Part shown: in pieces, positions 18,810 through 28,074 of the stretch
Layout: every line of letters starts with the position of its first letter
Position numbering within the stretch: position 1 is the first letter of the stretch
Origin: Candidatus Sericytochromatia bacterium
GTDB lineage: Bacteria; Cyanobacteriota; Sericytochromatia; S15B-MN24; VGJW01
DNA length: 64,000 nt
Direction of reading: 5' to 3'
Assembly (NCBI GenBank): GCA_035285865.1
Contig: JAYKHS010000003.1
Location: 64,001 to 128,000 of the forward strand
Notes under the pieces: model-generated
Told to the model about the DNA's origin: nothing
Databases searched by the model: none
Seen by the model: only the letters and a program-made list of their open reading frames with translations
Program-made: the position numbers and the translations under genes

Positions 18810-20957
18810 ATGCGGCACGCGACGGCAAGGGGCCTGATCCTGCTGGGCCTCGCCCTGCAAGCCATCCTCGCCATGCAGACGTGGCAGGCCGCCCCTTTCG
18901 AGGGCTACCTGCTGGAGCGCCATCGCATTGTCTCGGCACTGCATGACCCCGCCTGGCCGGCCTTTCGTGCCGGCTTGCGGTCCGGGGACGTCGTGCTGGG
19001 AAGAAGTCGCCTGGCGGACGGGCGCGTCGCCGTGGCGGTCCGGACGCGCGCCGCCACCCGCGAAGTGACCTTTGCCCCCGCTGCCTTTCCGGCCTACGCG
19101 CGATGGCGCTTCCTGCTGCCCTGGCTGATGCTGGGCCTGCTGCTGGGCAGCCTCGGCATCGCCATCGTTCGGGTTCGTCCGGATCACGTCGGAGCCTTGG
19201 CCCTTGCCGACTTCACCTGGGTCGTGGCCATCTTCGCGCTCACCAATCTGGAAAGTGTCACGACCCAACAGACCTGGCTCATCAACCAACTCGCCCTGGG
19301 AGCCACGCCAGCGCTCGCCTTCACCCTCGCCCGCACCTTGACGGCCCGGCAGCCAGCCGAGCAGCAGGCATCCGGACGCACGGCACGCGGTCTCACGCTC
19401 GCCGGCATGCTGCTCGCGGCCGCCGGTGGCGCGAGCGAGGCTTCAGCCAGCATCATCTACCCGGCGATCATCTCCGCTGCCTGTGTCGGCCTCCTTGCCA
19501 TCCCGATCATGTCGCTCCACCGAGCCCTCGATCGGAGGAGCACGCGGCACGCGCGGCGTCGTGCCGCGACATGGGCTGCGGGAACCGGACTGGCTCTGCT
19601 GCCGTTGCTGGGCAACGGGGCGGGTGGCTTCATCGGGGGCGGCATGCCCGCAGGCATCCTCGCCACGATGCTACTCTTCCCCGTGACACTGGGTGTGCTG
19701 CTGGCCCGGGACCAACTCTTCGACATCGACCTCCGCGGCCGACGCGTCATCGCCTACGTGCTTGCCACCGCCGCTCTGACAAGCCTGCACGCCCTGGCAG
19801 TGTCGCTCGTCGCGACGCCCGTCCGTAACGGGGGGCACGCGTGGGCGACAGGCGCCGGGGGGCTTGCTGTCGCCGTGGGCATCGCCCCGCTCGCCCGCCT
19901 GCTCAGGAGTCTGCTGGACCGATTTTTCGACCAGGTTCCGTATGACCCGCCCGAAACCTTGTCCCGCTTCCACGCCGAGGCCAGGCGCTGTCCCGACCCC
20001 GGATCCCTGGATCGCCTGCGTGCGCATGTCTTGAACACGACGGTGGCCCCGATCGAGATACCTCCGGCACGAGCGGCCGCAATCCGGTCGGCAGGCGGGC
20101 TGCCTCCGCGCGTGTCCGGACAGCCCTGGGGGCCGCGAGACCTGCGATTCCTTCAGGAGCTGGACAATGCCCACGCACTTTGGCACGAGCACCTGGCTCT
20201 GGTCGCGGCCCACGTCCGCGAGGAACGGGTCGCGCGCGAACTGACCCTGGCACGTCAGTTGCAGCGCGCGTGGCTCGGCCGTCCCCCGCCGCCGGACCAG
20301 GCCCTCGATCTGGCCATCCGCTGCCTGCCGGCGCTGGAGGTCGGGGGAGACTTCGCGGAGGTCCACCGTCGGGCCGACGGCCGATGGCTGATTGCGCTTG
20401 GCGACGTCTCGGGCAAGGGCGTACCGGCGGCCCTGCTGATGGCCGCGACGCTGGCTCTGCTGCGCGCGCGCCTCGAAGGCGACGAAGGGCCGGCCGAGAT
20501 GCTTCGGGAACTGGGCAGCCTGCTGCACCGCCAACGTCCCTCCCCGGCCATGTTCGTGACGTTGTCTCTCGCCCTGTTCGACAGCACGAGCGGTGAGTTG
20601 CGCACGGCATCTGCCGGACAACGCGAGCCGTGGATCGGGGCGATGCCACCGGGCGCCTCCGGCGCTGCCCTCGGTTGGTTCGCGGACGAACGTCCTCCGG
20701 AGCACCGCCACATGTTGCAACCGGGCACCAGAGTCCTCTGGGCAACGGACGGACTCGAGGACGGCCTTGGCCACCTGGGCTGCCCCGCCCCTGATCGCGT
20801 CGGGAAAGTATGGACTCGGCTCACGGATGCAACCTCGGAGGATCTGGCCGAGCGCCTGGTCGCCGCAACGCGCGGAGCGCAAGGGCCGACGCCCCCCGAC
20901 GACCTTACACTCGTAGTGCTGAGATGGCGCCCCGTCTCCGCCCTTCCTCCCGCATGA
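18810..20957 (+). CDS. Membrane sensor with SpoIIE/RsbU-type PP2C phosphatase domain
   Basis: PDZ-like PAFRAGLRSGDVV, many TM helices, ELTLARQLQ, EVGGDF, GDVSGKGVPAALLM, TDGLED and DDLTLVV. Confidence 0.88.
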   Translation: MRHATARGLILLGLALQAILAMQTWQAAPFEGYLLERHRIVSALHDPAWPAFRAGLRSGDVVLGRSRLADGRVAVAVRTRAATREVTFAPAAFPAYARWRFLLPWLMLGLLLGSLGIAIVRVRPDHVGALALADFTWVVAIFALTNLESVTTQQTWLINQLALGATPALAFTLARTLTARQPAEQQASGRTARGLTLAGMLLAAAGGASEASASIIYPAIISAACVGLLAIPIMSLHRALDRRSTRHARRRAATWAAGTGLALLPLLGNGAGGFIGGGMPAGILATMLLFPVTLGVLLARDQLFDIDLRGRRVIAYVLATAALTSLHALAVSLVATPVRNGGHAWATGAGGLAVAVGIAPLARLLRSLLDRFFDQVPYDPPETLSRFHAEARRCPDPGSLDRLRAHVLNTTVAPIEIPPARAAAIRSAGGLPPRVSGQPWGPRDLRFLQELDNAHALWHEHLALVAAHVREERVARELTLARQLQRAWLGRPPPPDQALDLAIRCLPALEVGGDFAEVHRRADGRWLIALGDVSGKGVPAALLMAATLALLRARLEGDEGPAEMLRELGSLLHRQRPSPAMFVTLSLALFDSTSGELRTASAGQREPWIGAMPPGASGAALGWFADERPPEHRHMLQPGTRVLWATDGLEDGLGHLGCPAPDRVGKVWTRLTDATSEDLAERLVAATRGAQGPTPPDDLTLVVLRWRPVSALPPA

Positions 20958-21942
20958 GCCAGCCCGCTGCCACGCCGTGGCCAGGGGGAAGTCCGAGGCT
21001 TCGCTCGAGATCGCCGCCGCATCGCCGGTTCAGGACCGAGAGGGCCGGACGCGCGAGGGCCATGCCACCGAGCCCGCAGACCCATACCACGTCACCGGAA
21101 TGTCCCAGAGGCCGCCAGGCACGCACCAGTTTGCGTACGGCCCCCCGCACGATGGCATGCGCCAGGGACGCGAAGGGGTCGGAAAGTCCCGGAAAAGCGC
21201 GCAGCATCGCCGGCGGATCGAGGGCCAAGGCAGCCGCGAGCTCCACCGCCAGATCGCGACGTTCCGCGAGGCTCGGCTTGGGCAGGGGTGACAGGCCCAG
21301 CCACCGGGTGGCTGCGCGGATGCGGGCATGACGTGGGACCACGGGCCAGCGGCGGAATCGGCCCAGGACGGCATCGACGGGCGTGTCAAGTAGACCGATC
21401 CAACTCAGACGGCCATCGCGTAGACGCTCGAGAGCGGCACCCGACGCCTCGGTTGCCGGCCCCGGCGAAACCCACTCTGCAGAAGATGCGCCCAAGTCGA
21501 CCACCGCCGAATCTTCCGCCCCCGGAATGGCCCCCGCCAGGGCACGCAGGCCCGGGGCACGCGGCACGGCGAATCGGGTAGCGGGCAAGCCGGAGGCGCA
21601 GGCAGCCCTGACGGGCCAACCACAGCCGTCCACCGAGGCCAGCCGCAGCGGCCAGCGCAACATCCCCTCGAGGCGCCCCATGCCCTCGAGCGTTTCCCGA
21701 TGGCCGCCGAAACGATCCTGACATGCAAGGACCAGCAAGATCTCGGGAAACGACAGGGGCGCGACAAGGGTGTGTACCGCTGCCGCAAGGAGACGTGCGG
21801 GATCACCGGCCCCCTGCCACGACGCGGTACCGTGCGGCAAGGTACCGTGCTGCATGGCACCCTCCCGCCACACCGCACGCACGGCGTGCCGGCCGACCTC
21901 GACCACCACGGGCCGCGAGCCGAGGGCGACAGACAGCGTCAT
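20905..21942 (-). CDS. Divergent hydantoinase A/MfnF-like (ASKHA fold) protein
   Basis: VVDLGASSAEW and LERLRDGRLSWIGLLDTPV resemble the DxGSTTTD and RLxxGELVYxGxxRTP motifs of this family; VCGLG near the C-terminus. Confidence 0.5.
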   Translation of the reverse strand: MTLSVALGSRPVVVEVGRHAVRAVWREGAMQHGTLPHGTASWQGAGDPARLLAAAVHTLVAPLSFPEILLVLACQDRFGGHRETLEGMGRLEGMLRWPLRLASVDGCGWPVRAACASGLPATRFAVPRAPGLRALAGAIPGAEDSAVVDLGASSAEWVSPGPATEASGAALERLRDGRLSWIGLLDTPVDAVLGRFRRWPVVPRHARIRAATRWLGLSPLPKPSLAERRDLAVELAAALALDPPAMLRAFPGLSDPFASLAHAIVRGAVRKLVRAWRPLGHSGDVVWVCGLGGMALARPALSVLNRRCGGDLERSLGLPPGHGVAAGWLMREEGRRRGAISALRV

Positions 21943-22958
21943 CCGGCTTGCGCGAAATCAGGCAGGCTGCAGTCGGGATCCCGGAGGCCCCAGTCGCCGA
22001 GCCGCGCCATTGCCATGGCCCGACTGCCGCCCTGACATCGTTCCGTGTAGGGACAACCTCCGCACGATTCTTCGGGGCGCCACGCCCGCAGGGCGCGCAT
22101 CAGGGGGTGTCCCCATGCCTCCCTGGGGCCCATCCTGCCGGCCCTGCCAAGCACAACGGGCATCCGACGGGAGACCAGCCAGGAACCGTCCGCATCGATG
22201 GCGAGGATGTCCCGACCCTCCTCGGACCGCCATGGGGCACCTTCGATCGATGCCTGAGAACGCGCGAAGGGGGCATCCCTCCAGACCAGACGGATGCCCT
22301 CGGGATCATCAAGGGCCTCGCACTGTGCATGCCAGACGGCATCCGGCAGAATCGTGGTCTGTCCGGCGGGCCAGCGCCCGAGCGGCAGCACCCGCGAGAA
22401 GGCGATGCCGCAGACGTCCCAGGCCCTGGCGAGGGCAAGCCAGTCAGCCGGGGAAGCCAGTGGTCCCGCGCCCACCGTCACCTTGAGCCAGACCTCGATC
22501 CCCGCACGCCGCATGGTGGCCACGCCCCGGGCCGTGCGCGCGAAGGTCCCGGAACCACGCACGGACTCATGGCCCTCGGCGTCAGGGGCCTCGAGCGAGA
22601 CCTGCGCGAAGGACAGGCCGCGCGCGACAAGGCGTTCGATGCGCTCCGGGGTTGCGAGGATGGCATTGGTGTTGAGGCGAACACCTGCGCCGGCGCGAAC
22701 GGCAGCGTGGACCAGATCGGCAAGGTCACGCGCCAGCAAGGGCTCGCCTCCCGTCAGGACGACCACCGGGGGCCGCCCCAAAAGGGAGGCAAAGGCCACC
22801 CACGCCGCGACGAGGCCCGCCTGGCCAAGCAGCCCCCACTCGTCCGGCAACCGGCCGGGCTCCGTCCTGTAGCAATGGCGGCAGTGGAGGTTGCAGGCAT
22901 TGGTCGGAGCCAGTTGCAACACCAGGGGTCTCAACAGCCGATGCCCCAGCCAGCCCAC
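21939..22958 (-). CDS. Radical SAM protein with SPASM-type C-terminal domain
   Basis: CNLHCRHC, LTGGEPLL, QVSLE and HESVRG; C-terminal CGGCPYTERCQGGSR...DPDC. Confidence 0.9.
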   Translation of the reverse strand: MGWLGHRLLRPLVLQLAPTNACNLHCRHCYRTEPGRLPDEWGLLGQAGLVAAWVAFASLLGRPPVVVLTGGEPLLARDLADLVHAAVRAGAGVRLNTNAILATPERIERLVARGLSFAQVSLEAPDAEGHESVRGSGTFARTARGVATMRRAGIEVWLKVTVGAGPLASPADWLALARAWDVCGIAFSRVLPLGRWPAGQTTILPDAVWHAQCEALDDPEGIRLVWRDAPFARSQASIEGAPWRSEEGRDILAIDADGSWLVSRRMPVVLGRAGRMGPREAWGHPLMRALRAWRPEESCGGCPYTERCQGGSRAMAMARLGDWGLRDPDCSLPDFAQAG

Positions 22959-23167
22959 GGCCTCCCTTGGGCCGCACGCACCTCGAGCAGACCGCCATGC
23001 AGCAGCAGGCTGCGCAGCACGGCCACGCCATCAGGCGACATACCGACCGCAAGCCGCGCAAGGGCCCCGTCGAGATCCTCCCTGAGCGCGTCCCACCAAT
23101 CGGGCTCGCAGGCGAACTGCTCCAGCCACGCCGCGACGTCTCGATCCCCGTTGACGACCTGTTCCAC
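22931..23167 (-). CDS. Small hypothetical protein upstream of the radical SAM gene (possible RRE/PqqD-like or precursor)
   Basis: 78 aa; GGAGG 8 nt before the GTG start; overlaps the radical SAM start; helical LRSLLLHGGLLEV end. Confidence 0.45.
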   Translation of the reverse strand: MEQVVNGDRDVAAWLEQFACEPDWWDALREDLDGALARLAVGMSPDGVAVLRSLLLHGGLLEVRAAQGRPWAGWGIGC

Positions 23168-23315
23168 GAATCCGTCCTCCCGAGCCCATCGTGGCGCTTC
23201 GGAGAGCCTTCGGGAAGCAGTCCCGGCAAGGCTTCACGGACGAGAGAACAGCCGGTGTCCCGCACGCAACACACCGCGAGGCCATGAACCCGACATGCCT
23301 GACTCGAGATTCGGG

Positions 23316-24635
23316 ATGCGGGGTGTCCTGCCCGCGTGGACCCTGTTGCTGGCGGCGTGCGGAACACGCGTGACCATCCCTGCGGCGGCGACCGCCGAGC
23401 ATTGGTTGGTCCTGGTGGAGCCGGGCAAGCAGGGCGAACGCACCTTGAGCACCCTGAGTGAACAAGGCTGGCAGACGCGCTCCTGGACCGGAGTTCCAGG
23501 CCTCGCGCGCATCTACGGAAGCGGTGAACCGCGGGTGCCGGGCATTCAGGGTGCGTGGCGAGATACCAACCACCCGGTGGACACCGGCCATCCGGGAACC
23601 TCACGAAGTCTGGCAGGGCTCGGGCAGAACACCACGGACGAAGTCGGACGTCCGTCCGGCATCCCGTGGAACCTGAAGCTGATTCGCGCCCCGGAAGCGT
23701 GGCGGCAAGGACTGCTCGGACGAACGGCGATCGTGGCCGTCGTGGACAGCGGCCTCGATCCCGGCCATCCCGCCTTCGCGGGTGCAGTCGACTGGCAACG
23801 CTCCCACAACCTCGTCCAGGACGAGCCCTTCACGGACCTGAATGGCCACGGCACCCACGTGACCGGCATCATCGGGGCCCGACCGGACGCACGAGGCAGC
23901 ACGGGCGTTGCCCCGGCCTGCACGCTGCGCATCGTGAAAGTGCTCGACCGTCGCGGCTACGGCCACGACCATCTGGTGATGGAGGGTGTCCTGCTGGCCG
24001 CGCGCGAGGGCGCGGAAATCATCAACGTCAGCATCGGGACCCGACTGCCGTGGGGCAGTTCCGAAGCGGGGGCACTGGCCCTCGCGTGGGACCGCACCCT
24101 GCGCGAGGCCGCGCGACTCGGCTCCTTGGTCGTGACAGGAACCGGCAACGACGGCGAGGAAGAACGGACAAGCGGCTGGACCCACCTGCCGGCGGCCAGC
24201 CCATGGGCTTTCGTGGCGACAGCCTGCGGACCGATCGGTGGAGTCCGTCCCGATCGACTGGCTTCCTGGGCAAACAGGGGCCCGGGACTCGCCGAGGTAA
24301 TGGCCCCCGGGGGCGGGCTCGAGACAGATGCGCAGGGCATGCCCCGCCTGAGGCATCCGGACGACCTCGTCTGGTCGACGTGGAGCCGGGACGCGGATCC
24401 GGCGCGCACCTGGCAAGGCTGGGCAGGAACCAGCATGGCCGCAGCCCACGCCTCCGGAGTCGCCGCCCTCGCCCGTCAGGCGCGCGCGGACCTCAAGGGT
24501 TCGGCCCTCGGCGACTGGATCCGGGCCACGGCCACGGAGGTCGCGTCCTCGGCCGTGCCTTTGCTGCGCGCCGACAGGTTGGCGTCGGGCGTCCAACAAC
24601 CCCGGGGGCTGCCCGGGGCCCCGGAATCGGACTGA
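23316..24635 (+). CDS. S8 subtilisin-family serine protease, lipoprotein
   Basis: Lipobox LAAC; triad VAVVDSG, NGHGTHVTG and GTSMAAAH; start ATG 23316 (or 23295). Confidence 0.92.
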   Translation: MRGVLPAWTLLLAACGTRVTIPAAATAEHWLVLVEPGKQGERTLSTLSEQGWQTRSWTGVPGLARIYGSGEPRVPGIQGAWRDTNHPVDTGHPGTSRSLAGLGQNTTDEVGRPSGIPWNLKLIRAPEAWRQGLLGRTAIVAVVDSGLDPGHPAFAGAVDWQRSHNLVQDEPFTDLNGHGTHVTGIIGARPDARGSTGVAPACTLRIVKVLDRRGYGHDHLVMEGVLLAAREGAEIINVSIGTRLPWGSSEAGALALAWDRTLREAARLGSLVVTGTGNDGEEERTSGWTHLPAASPWAFVATACGPIGGVRPDRLASWANRGPGLAEVMAPGGGLETDAQGMPRLRHPDDLVWSTWSRDADPARTWQGWAGTSMAAAHASGVAALARQARADLKGSALGDWIRATATEVASSAVPLLRADRLASGVQQPRGLPGAPESD

Positions 24636-24681
24636 CTTTCAGGACGGCCCATCGCCCTAAAAGTCAGCTGTCCAGGCGCGT

Positions 24682-25734
24682 TCAATGGCCTGCTTCTGCC
24701 GGTTGCTCCGCGGGGACCATCGCCGCATCCGGCGGAGGCGGCGGAGGCGCGGCCTGGTCTGCCCGGCGGCGCTTGCGTTTCTTGCGGCGGGGGCGGTCCT
24801 GGCCGGCGTTCGCGCCCACCGCGGGCGAAACGGACTGGGAAGCGACCCAGACATGGTCCTTCTCAGCAACCCGCAGCATGTAAGGCAGGTTGTAGCGCGG
24901 TCGATCGTTGATCTGGGACGGCACGATGAACCGGGCCTTGTTGCCCTGGTCGACGTAGTAGGCCTCCTCGAGACCCTCGTTCTGGGCAATGCGCACCGCT
25001 TCCTCGCGCGTCCGGGGAGGCGTCTTCATGACCACGAGATGGTCGTTCGCCGAGCGACCGACGATCAGGCGTTCACGGGGAATGGCATCGTGCAGACGCT
25101 GCTTCAGGCCGGAATAGGGATCCGAATACTCGGGACGCGGACCGTAACTGTTGAAAAGGTAGCCGAGGCCACCGATGAAGACGCGGTAGTTGTCCTCATC
25201 GCCATCTTGCCAGCTGCCGAAGCCGAAGCGGATGTTGCCCCGCTTGGTCTGCGCCATGAAGTACCGACGGTTGGCGAAGCCCCGGCTTTCCTTCGACGCG
25301 GGGATCAGTTCCCCGTAGAAGTAAAGGTCCCCGATGACCTTGGCGTCATAGTCCGTGCCGCCCTCCTCCTCGAAGAACGGCCCCGTGAAGTAAAGTAGGG
25401 CATTCGTATCCTGGAAGGCAGTCTGCTCGACGGTCCAGCCACGCGCAAGATCGATGCGCACCTTGCGGGTATTGACGTCCGCCTTGAGCACGCCGTTGTC
25501 CTCGACGATCCGGACGCCCTTGCCGGGCTCGTCCGCGAGGCGCGCCACGATTTCGGGCGGTTCGGGGATGAGGCGCTTCCAGATGACGCCGGCCCCGGCG
25601 CCCACGAGGAAGAAATTGCCGAGGACAAAGGGAACGGCCAGCGCACGCAGGAACCACCCGAGGGCCCCCGGGCCGCGCCGAGCAGGCCGCGGCGGCATCG
25701 ACGGCGCGGCTGGGCGGGTGGACAGACCTGCCAT
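24682..25734 (-). CDS. Membrane-anchored hypothetical protein, possibly phosphodiester glycosidase-like
   Basis: One N-terminal TM; FIGGLGYL, PRERLIVG and YYVDQGNK loosely resemble that family; basic and Pro-rich tail. Confidence 0.5.
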   Translation of the reverse strand: MAGLSTRPAAPSMPPRPARRGPGALGWFLRALAVPFVLGNFFLVGAGAGVIWKRLIPEPPEIVARLADEPGKGVRIVEDNGVLKADVNTRKVRIDLARGWTVEQTAFQDTNALLYFTGPFFEEEGGTDYDAKVIGDLYFYGELIPASKESRGFANRRYFMAQTKRGNIRFGFGSWQDGDEDNYRVFIGGLGYLFNSYGPRPEYSDPYSGLKQRLHDAIPRERLIVGRSANDHLVVMKTPPRTREEAVRIAQNEGLEEAYYVDQGNKARFIVPSQINDRPRYNLPYMLRVAEKDHVWVASQSVSPAVGANAGQDRPRRKKRKRRRADQAAPPPPPPDAAMVPAEQPAEAGH

Positions 25735-25896
25735 CTTCAGGGTGATGCGGCTCGGAGAAGGGGCATGGAGACCAAGGAAAAGCGCGCCTCCCACGGGGCA
25801 TGTTACTCGGCGCGGCAACGGCTGGGCAACTCCGGCAGCCGAATTGCGGCCTGACCACGCGGGCATGGTCGACAACTTCGGCGGCAAGTCCTTACC

Positions 25897-26889
25897 ATGA
25901 GCAATACAGGGGGTTCGCAGATGCTCGATCGCGCGACGAAGATCAAGATTCACGACCTGATGGTCAAGACGCGGTGCACGGAAGAAACCGCGATCTCGAT
26001 GAACAAGCAGGGCGAAGGTTTCTTCTGGATCGGTGGTGCCGGAGAAGAGGCCTTCGGTGTTTCGCTCGGCCTGCAGATTCGCAAGGGACAGGGCCCGGCC
26101 TACGACTACCTGCACCTTCACTATCGCGGAGCACCCATCGCCATCGCGATGGGCGCCGAACCCATCGACCAGATTCGGCAGATGCGGGCAACGGCTACCG
26201 ACCGATATTCGGGCGGCCGCCAATTCGTCGAGCACTTCGCCATTCCCGAGTGGAACATCGTGCCCGTCACCCCGACCATCGAGACCCAGTACCTGATGGC
26301 CCCGGGTACCGCCCACGTCCAGCGGCGCTTCGGGGGTGAGGGTCTGACAGTCGTGACGGGAGGCGATGCGGGCACGGCCGAAGGTGACTTCCACTGCTGC
26401 CTGAACTGGGCCAGCCGGCCGGGCGAGGAGCTGCCGATGCTCATCGTCGTCACCCACAACAAGTTCGGTATCAGCACGCCGTCCAGCCAGGTGCAGGCCT
26501 CGCGCGAGCTCAACCGGCAGGCCGAACCTTTCGGCATTCGCAACTCGATGCATGACGGCAACGATGTCGAAGAAATCTGGGCGGCCCTCGAGGAGGCCAT
26601 CTCCTACATCCGCAAGGAGCGCAAGCCTTACGTCCTTCAGGCGAACGTCAGCCGGATCTTCGGTCACTCGTCCGCGACCGGCGCCAACCGCGTGCCCGAG
26701 GTCGACTGCATCACCGCCTTCGAAGACAAGTTGATCAAGGACGGCATCATGACCCGCAGCGAGATCGATGCCGTCTGGAAGAAGTGGAAAGACCACCTCA
26801 AGGAGTGCCTCGCCCAGGTCCGCCAGGAACCGCTTCCCGACGGCGGGGACATCTGGCGCCACGTCTTCGCCGAACCAGCCACCGTCTGA
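25897..26889 (+). CDS. 2-oxoacid (branched-chain-like) dehydrogenase E1 alpha subunit
   Basis: GAGEEA, LHYR, ThDP motif GDAGTAEGDF...HN and RIFGHS. Confidence 0.9.
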   Translation: MSNTGGSQMLDRATKIKIHDLMVKTRCTEETAISMNKQGEGFFWIGGAGEEAFGVSLGLQIRKGQGPAYDYLHLHYRGAPIAIAMGAEPIDQIRQMRATATDRYSGGRQFVEHFAIPEWNIVPVTPTIETQYLMAPGTAHVQRRFGGEGLTVVTGGDAGTAEGDFHCCLNWASRPGEELPMLIVVTHNKFGISTPSSQVQASRELNRQAEPFGIRNSMHDGNDVEEIWAALEEAISYIRKERKPYVLQANVSRIFGHSSATGANRVPEVDCITAFEDKLIKDGIMTRSEIDAVWKKWKDHLKECLAQVRQEPLPDGGDIWRHVFAEPATV

Positions 26890-26908
26890 ACCGCCGGGAG
26901 AATTTCGC

Positions 26909-28018
26909 ATGGCCACTTACGCGCAGGGCATTAGACTCGCCCTTCACTACGCCGAGGAGAACCTAGGCCTGACCGATGTCTTCGGTGAAGACGTCGGACC
27001 ACCGCTGGGCGGTGTCTTCACTGCCACCCAAGGCATCAAATGCGCCTGGAACTCACCGCTCGACGAGCGCGGGATTATCGGCATGGCCATCGGCATCGCC
27101 TTGGCCGGCGGTCGTCCCGTTGCGGAGATCCAGTTCGCCGACTACATCTTCAACACGATAGACATGCTGAAACTGGCCGGCAACCTGCGCTGGTCCAGCT
27201 ACGGGAACTACGGCGTGCCGCTGGTCATCATGACCCCGGTTGGAGCGGGCATCCACGGCTCCATCTACCACTCGCATTCCTTCGAGAGCATGGCGACCCA
27301 TATCCCCGGATTCAAGGTGGTCGCGCCTTCGAACGCGCTGGACGCCTATGGCCTGATGCTGTCGTCCATCGTCGACCCGGACCCGGTGCTCTATCTGAAG
27401 TCCAAGTTCCTCATGCGGGTCAAGGGCGAGCATCTGATCCCCGGCGAACCCGCCGATCTTGCCGAACTCAACAAGCGAATCAACGCTCCCATCGGCGATC
27501 GCAGCAAGTGGAAGCCGGACTGGCCGGCGGTCGAAGACTATCGGGTGCCCATCGGCAAGGCGTCGGTCGTGCGGGAAGGCTCGGACCTGACGGTCATCAC
27601 CTACAGCCGTCACGTACTGGAGTGCACCCGGGCCGCAGACCAGCTCCGCGGCGAGGGCATCTCCTGCGAGGTTATCGACCTGCGCACGCTTTTCCCCGTG
27701 GATTGGCCGACCTTGCGCCGCAGCGTGGCCAAGACCCGCCGTGTCCTCGTCGTCAACGAGGACACCGAGGTCACGAACTACGGCGAGCACCTGATCCGCA
27801 AGCTGACGGAAGAGTTCTTCTTCGACCTGCAGGTGGCTCCGCGTCTGCTCGCCGGAGCCAACGTCCCCGGCGTGGGCATCTCGATTCCGCTCGAGGAAGC
27901 CAGCGTGCCCCAGTACCGCGATGTTCTCGAGACGATGCGGGACGTGGCGACCCAGCCAGGTCGCGGGACAGGCGGGGAGTGGCCTCTGCTGCCCGAGACC
28001 GTCTTCGGCCGCCGCTGA
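26909..28018 (+). CDS. 2-oxoacid dehydrogenase E1 beta subunit
   Basis: FGEDVG, GGVFTAT, NSPLDERGI, AEIQFADY and EVIDLRTL; start ATG 26909. Confidence 0.93.
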   Translation: MATYAQGIRLALHYAEENLGLTDVFGEDVGPPLGGVFTATQGIKCAWNSPLDERGIIGMAIGIALAGGRPVAEIQFADYIFNTIDMLKLAGNLRWSSYGNYGVPLVIMTPVGAGIHGSIYHSHSFESMATHIPGFKVVAPSNALDAYGLMLSSIVDPDPVLYLKSKFLMRVKGEHLIPGEPADLAELNKRINAPIGDRSKWKPDWPAVEDYRVPIGKASVVREGSDLTVITYSRHVLECTRAADQLRGEGISCEVIDLRTLFPVDWPTLRRSVAKTRRVLVVNEDTEVTNYGEHLIRKLTEEFFFDLQVAPRLLAGANVPGVGISIPLEEASVPQYRDVLETMRDVATQPGRGTGGEWPLLPETVFGRR

Positions 28019-28074
28019 CTGGCTGCGGCCGGGGTATGGGACGCTTGTCCCGATCCAATGCGCGAGGCCTCTCC

